Below are positions 59,512-64,000 of a stretch of DNA of 64,000 nt, in pieces. A program made the translations under genes and the position numbers. Numbering within the stretch: the stretch's first letter is position 1; every line of letters starts with the position of its first letter. The DNA lies in contig JBFMAF010000028.1 in the NCBI GenBank assembly GCA_040755995.1, positions 64,001 to 128,000 of the forward strand, written 5' to 3'. This DNA is from Acidobacteriota bacterium (GTDB lineage Bacteria; Acidobacteriota; CAIWXX01). The notes below the pieces were generated by a model. It was not told the DNA's origin. It did not search any database and saw only the letters and a program-made list of their open reading frames with translations.

Positions 59512-60435
59512 ATGACGCCCACCGTACACCCGCGCATGCCGGATTTCTCGCATTCTCATCCGGGCTTTCATCACACGGTCGACTCAGCGCTCGAGGTGCT
59601 GTCGAGCCTCAGTGTGCTGCCGTCGCGCGTGACGCTGCGCATGGCTGGGCGCGGCTGGCCGACTTGCCGCGTGGTCCACCAGAGCCCGCCGCCCGGCGCG
59701 GAGCTCACCCCCGACCAGACGATCACTCTTCACGTCGCGGGCGTCGGCTTTTTCCAGTCGCTCCCGGTGGGCATGTGGGACAGAGGCGGCGAGGTCGAGA
59801 TGGGCACGCAGGAGATTCTGGAAATCGTGGACGACCCGCTCCAGAAGGCCGCGCATTGGCTGCGCGAAGGCGCCCGCCTCTTCGACGTGCGCCCCGACAA
59901 CCCGCAGGCCTGCGCCCGCTGGATCTCGCTCTTCGGCCTCTCGGCCGAAGGCTGGCCCGCCGAGTGCTGGTACAACCTGGCGTTGTTCCTGCCAAATCTC
60001 CAGCGGCTCGCGGGCAGGGAGATCGGCATCCGCTTCGCACTTCAGCTCGTTCTCGGTCTGCCCCTCTCCGAGATCCGCGGGAGACGCTCGTTCAGCTACC
60101 TTCAGGAAGCTGACCTCTCGCTGCTGGCGCAGTCATCCAGCCGGCTCGGGGTCGACCTCATCGTGGGTGACTGCATCGAGGACGTGGCGCGCCTCGTGCT
60201 GGTGATCGGGCCCGTGCCGCTCGCCACCTACTACGAATACCAGGAAGCCGACAGGCAAAGAGTCCTCGACTCGGTGCTTCAGCTATGCGTGACGTGCCAT
60301 CAGAAGTATCGAGTCTCATGGCTGGTTCAAGATCCCGGACGCCCGCCACGACTCGGCTTCGAAGAACAGAATGCCCGCCTGGGCATCAACTCGCATCTGG
60401 GCAAGAACGCATCCGCACTCGTTGCCCTCGGCTAG
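59512..60435 (+). CDS. tssG: Baseplate subunit TssG-like with N-terminal PASTA-like domain
   Basis: Follows tssF; GFFQSLPVG, SRLGVDLIVG, LVIGPV and terminal RLGINSHLG motifs; N-terminal MPDF...A...L...RVVHQSPPPGAELTPDQTITLHV. Confidence 0.7.
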   Translation: MTPTVHPRMPDFSHSHPGFHHTVDSALEVLSSLSVLPSRVTLRMAGRGWPTCRVVHQSPPPGAELTPDQTITLHVAGVGFFQSLPVGMWDRGGEVEMGTQEILEIVDDPLQKAAHWLREGARLFDVRPDNPQACARWISLFGLSAEGWPAECWYNLALFLPNLQRLAGREIGIRFALQLVLGLPLSEIRGRRSFSYLQEADLSLLAQSSSRLGVDLIVGDCIEDVARLVLVIGPVPLATYYEYQEADRQRVLDSVLQLCVTCHQKYRVSWLVQDPGRPPRLGFEEQNARLGINSHLGKNASALVALG

Positions 60436-60459
60436 AACGTGACAGAATGGAAGTGACCC

Positions 60460-62190
60460 ATGAGAGACGATGACATCAAGCTCGGCTCGGTGAACTTCGA
60501 ACACGGGATGCTGCTCACGCCGGAGCACTTCTTGCGAATGGAGCAGTACATCGACTCGTCGGTGATCTGGATGCTGCGCCACATGTCCTCGGCGTTCGGT
60601 CTGATCGGCGGCGGTCCGAGACTGCCCGAGAGCGAACGAGGCGCCGTGCACCACGATCCGATCGTCGTGATCGACGCCGACGATACCGGTGTCAACGTAA
60701 CGGTCACGCAGTGCCGGGCGCTGACACCCGCGGGCTGCATCGTCGACATCGACCCGGCGCATCCCATCCGGCGCCGGTTCGGCGGGAAGGATCTCGAGGG
60801 GGTTACCGAGTCGCCCATCTACGTGGTATGCACGCCGCACGAGAAGCAGCCGGTGCAGGGGGTCGCCGATGAATTCAACCCGCAGATGCAGACCGAGCGG
60901 CGCCCGGTGTACTCGATAGCCCTTCAGGTCCATGCCGACTGGACGGCTTACAGCGCCGCCGTCGCGCGGCTGCGCCGCCCGCCTCACGGCGCAGGCTACG
61001 AGAAGGACCCCGAGTTCATACCCGCCTGCACGTCGATGGTCAACCACAGCCAGCTAGCAGCAGGATGGCGGCAGGTCGTCGAGGCGGTGACCCATCTGGC
61101 AAGCCGCTACACCGAGCTCCACCGCGCCATGATGGAGTTCGTGACGCTGTTCAAGGAGCGCGGCATAGAGACCGAGCTCGACATGGAGACCATGAACTTC
61201 ACCGGCCGCATGGTGGTCGCGCTGCAGGACTGCATCTATGGCGTCCTCGATCCCGTGCAGATGCCCCAGAGCTTCTTCGGCGCCCTGCGCCGCTTCTTTC
61301 ACAGCGCCGCGGTCTACCTGGACCTCAGCCCGTCCGTACGGCAGTACTTCGAGCTGCTGAAGGAGAGCGGCGAGACCGAGTTCATCGCGCTGCTCGAACA
61401 GCAGCGCAAGGTGCTCTCGCTCACCCCCCGCTGGAACGTGCACGACGACCTCGGTGTCGAGCTGCGATCGGCGCTGCAGTCGATCTCATCGTTGCAACGA
61501 CTGGAGGGCGCGCTCGAAGGCAAGTACCTCGACTTCCACATCAACCGCGCGCTCGACGCGATGAACTTCGTGTTCGACCGCGGAGGGAAGGTCCTGTACA
61601 AGCTCGCCGCGAAGCCGTCGCGCGTGCAGGGGTTTGCCGACGAGCTCACCGTTACCTTTGCCAACCTCCGTCTGGAGGGACGCGACAAATACAGGCTGGT
61701 GCTGGTCGGCGAGCAGAACGCCACCTTCGAGAAGGGGACGCGGATCACCGTCGAGATCCGCATAAACGAGGGGTCCGGATTCAAGCGGAAACCGCTGATC
61801 ATGCCGTGCGACGCGCGAATGAGCGGACAGTGCAACTTCGAATTCGACTTCGAGGCGCCCGACGTCCCCACCATCACCGACCTGCGTGTGGCGCTGCCGG
61901 GCCATCACCCGTTTCGTACGGCACTGCTGTTCGTCCGGCAGCGGTTCTACGCCGGAGCCGGAGCCGAGCCGCCGGCACGGCACGTGCAGCCGCTGGAAGC
62001 GCCGCCATCGCCCAGGACCGAGCCGGTGCCGCGCCCGCAGCGTCCTGTGCCGCCGCAGCAGCCGGGCTTCGGCCCGCCCGAGCCCCCCGCCGAGCATCGC
62101 CCGCCGTGGGAGGCGCCCGATCGGGGCGGCCGGCGGCCGCAGGAACCCGAGCCGCCGCCACAGCCGCCTCGACGGCGAAGACTCGAATGA
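60460..62190 (+). CDS. tssK: TssK-like baseplate accessory protein with Pro-rich tail
   Basis: VNFEHGMLLTPEHF start motif, CRALTPAGCIVDI, EFIPAC. Confidence 0.7.
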   Translation: MRDDDIKLGSVNFEHGMLLTPEHFLRMEQYIDSSVIWMLRHMSSAFGLIGGGPRLPESERGAVHHDPIVVIDADDTGVNVTVTQCRALTPAGCIVDIDPAHPIRRRFGGKDLEGVTESPIYVVCTPHEKQPVQGVADEFNPQMQTERRPVYSIALQVHADWTAYSAAVARLRRPPHGAGYEKDPEFIPACTSMVNHSQLAAGWRQVVEAVTHLASRYTELHRAMMEFVTLFKERGIETELDMETMNFTGRMVVALQDCIYGVLDPVQMPQSFFGALRRFFHSAAVYLDLSPSVRQYFELLKESGETEFIALLEQQRKVLSLTPRWNVHDDLGVELRSALQSISSLQRLEGALEGKYLDFHINRALDAMNFVFDRGGKVLYKLAAKPSRVQGFADELTVTFANLRLEGRDKYRLVLVGEQNATFEKGTRITVEIRINEGSGFKRKPLIMPCDARMSGQCNFEFDFEAPDVPTITDLRVALPGHHPFRTALLFVRQRFYAGAGAEPPARHVQPLEAPPSPRTEPVPRPQRPVPPQQPGFGPPEPPAEHRPPWEAPDRGGRRPQEPEPPPQPPRRRRLE

Positions 62191-62243
62191 GGGTCGCCAG
62201 AACCATCCGCCTGATCGAAATCGCGAAGTGAAGGAGGACCGCA

Positions 62244-64000
62244 ATGGGCATTGATCTCGACAAGATCTCGAACGAGATGGAGGACGCGCTGGAACGGGCG
62301 CGGCTCCTGGCCGAACGGCGCAAGCAGGCGCAGATCACGCCGCTTCACATGCTGTACGTGCTGCTGGAACCCGACGGGCCGCTCGCGGGCCTGATGGAGA
62401 AGGCCGGCACGGCGTGCAGCACGCTGCTGGAAAACTTCGCCACCAAACTCAACAAGGAGGGCGGGCTGAAGCTCGAAGAGGGCAGGCGCCCGACGGCATC
62501 GCGGTCGTTGCGCGAGCTGATCGAGAAGTCATTCGAGAAAATGCACCAGCGCGGGGCGGAGATGGCGGAGCCCATCGACTTCCTGACGGCGGCGATCGAG
62601 TCCGGCGAGGATGATCTCAAGCAGGAGATGCGCACCGCAGGCGTCACGAAGAAGACGGTGGAGCAGGCGTCCGAGACTCGCGCCGCCACGAGGGAAACGC
62701 TCGGCGAGAAGAAGAGCGCCGCGCCTGCCGGCGGCTCGAAGGCCCTGGAACGTTTCGGGCGCGATTTGACGGCCGCGGCAGCCGCCGGCGACCTCATGCC
62801 GGTTATCGGCCGTGACAACGAGATCCGCCTCGTCATCCAGACGCTGCTCCGCAAGACCAAGAACAACCCGGTCCTCGTCGGAGACCCCGGCACAGGAAAG
62901 ACCGCCGTTGCCGAAGGTCTTGCTCAGCGCATCGCCGCAGGCGACGTGCCGGACTCGCTCAAGAAGTGCAAGGTCATGGCGCTCGACCTCACGTCCATGG
63001 TCGCGGGGGCGAAGTACCGTGGCGAGTTCGAGGAACGGATCAAGAGTGTGGTCGACGAGGTCAGAGCGAAGAAGGGCGAGATCATCCTGTTCCTGGACGA
63101 GATACACACGCTGGTGGGCGCCGGAGGCAGCGAGGGCGGGATGGACGCGGCCAACATCCTGAAGCCTGCGCTGGCACGCGGCGAGCTCCGCTGCGTCGGT
63201 GCCACTACTTACGACGAGTACCGCGAGCGCATCGAGAAGGACGGCGCGCTCGCGCGGCGCTTCGAGGTCGTGGTGGTGAAAGAGCCGACCGACGACATCA
63301 TGATGACGATGCTCCGGGGCATTCGCCCGCGCTACGAGACGTATCACGGCGTGCGACTGTCGGACGAATCGCTGCAGGCGTCCATCAAGCTCTCACGACG
63401 ATATCTGCGTACGCGCTTCCTGCCGGACAAGGCGATCGATATCATCGACGAGGCCACAGCGCGCATCAGGATGCAGAAGGAGAGCAAGCCGAACGAAGTG
63501 GATCAGATGGAGCGGCGGCTGATACAGAAGGAAGCTGAGCTGGCGAGTCTCGAAGGCGGGGCTGCTACTGCGGCTCAGAAGAAGGCGGTCGAGGCGCTGC
63601 GCGCCGAGATCGAGGAGCTTCGCCCGAAGGTCGAAGAGCTGGTCGGCCAGTGGAAGACTCAGAAGACCGCCTCGGACCAGCTCCGCGCCACCAAGCAGGC
63701 GATCGAGGAGCAGACGAAGCTCCTGGCGGCGGCCGAGACGCAGGGCAACGTGGCGAAGGCGGCCGAGATCCGCTATGGCTCGCTGAAGTACCTCGATCAG
63801 CAACGCGAAGATCTCGAGAAGCAGCTCTCGAAGATCGCCGCCGGAGGCGGGATGATCCCGGAGGAAGTGCGCGAGGAACACGTTGCGGAGGTGATAGCCG
63901 ATCGCACCGGCATCCCGATATCGAGAATGCTGGAGAGCGAGCGGGAGCGGTTGCTGAAGCTCGAAGAGCGCATCGGCGAACGGGTGTTCGGGCAGGACGG
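62244..64000 (+). CDS. ClpB/ClpV(TssH)-family AAA+ ATPase, 5' portion
   Basis: Not in the ORF track because it runs off the edge. [61 protein letters not shown]-domain AAEIRYG. Confidence 0.93.
   Translation, partial: MGIDLDKISNEMEDALERARLLAERRKQAQITPLHMLYVLLEPDGPLAGLMEKAGTACSTLLENFATKLNKEGGLKLEEGRRPTASRSLRELIEKSFEKMHQRGAEMAEPIDFLTAAIESGEDDLKQEMRTAGVTKKTVEQASETRAATRETLGEKKSAAPAGGSKALERFGRDLTAAAAAGDLMPVIGRDNEIRLVIQTLLRKTKNNPVLVGDPGTGKTAVAEGLAQRIAAGDVPDSLKKCKVMALDLTSMVAGAKYRGEFEERIKSVVDEVRAKKGEIILFLDEIHTLVGAGGSEGGMDAANILKPALARGELRCVGATTYDEYRERIEKDGALARRFEVVVVKEPTDDIMMTMLRGIRPRYETYHGVRLSDESLQASIKLSRRYLRTRFLPDKAIDIIDEATARIRMQKESKPNEVDQMERRLIQKEAELASLEGGAATAAQKKAVEALRAEIEELRPKVEELVGQWKTQKTASDQLRATKQAIEEQTKLLAAAETQGNVAKAAEIRYGSLKYLDQQREDLEKQLSKIAAGGGMIPEEVREEHVAEVIADRTGIPISRMLESERERLLKLEERIGERVFGQD

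Noticed and set aside
54106..62190. Prophage tail, tailocin or extracellular CIS interpretation
   Set aside because: The split two-gene sheath, TssK-like gene and Clp ATPase point to T6SS; no capsid, tape-measure or lysis genes are visible.

Overview
GC-rich bacterial chromosomal window; the DnaK sequence and dnaK-dnaJ-hspR order suggest an Acidobacteriota-like host (inference only). The left half (1-32.7 kb) is mostly housekeeping or metabolic: a dacB fragment, serine hydrolase, threonine aldolase, a Phd/VapC pair, a REC-Hpt-REC-REC-GGDEF cyclase, orphan nuoF-nuoG, an M23 peptidase, dnaK-dnaJ-hspR with a HAIR-like operator, a sigma factor, DnaC-like and MoxR ATPases, fadH-like, crt/hbd, a LeuC/LeuD-like pair with degenerate substrate motifs, glnA and a TPP enzyme. 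The region 32.7-50.3 kb is a defence island bracketed by vapBC and mazEF. It holds a CRISPR array of about 65 repeats (37 nt) and an atypical type I cas operon: WYL regulator, a zinc-finger large subunit with no HD or GGDD motif but a strong internal RBS for a hidden Cas11-like subunit, cas7, cas5, stand-alone HD nuclease, helicase-only cas3, cas6, cas4-cas1 fusion and cas2. The region 51.5-64 kb is a divergent contractile type VI secretion-like locus whose sheath and tube resemble the Bacteroidota-type (T6SS-iii) proteins. It has unusual additions: FHA and VWA membrane proteins, a repeat protein with an amphipathic tail, a PASTA-like domain on TssG, and a ClpB-type ATPase that runs off the window edge. 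All family calls come from reading motifs by eye; no database searches were run.
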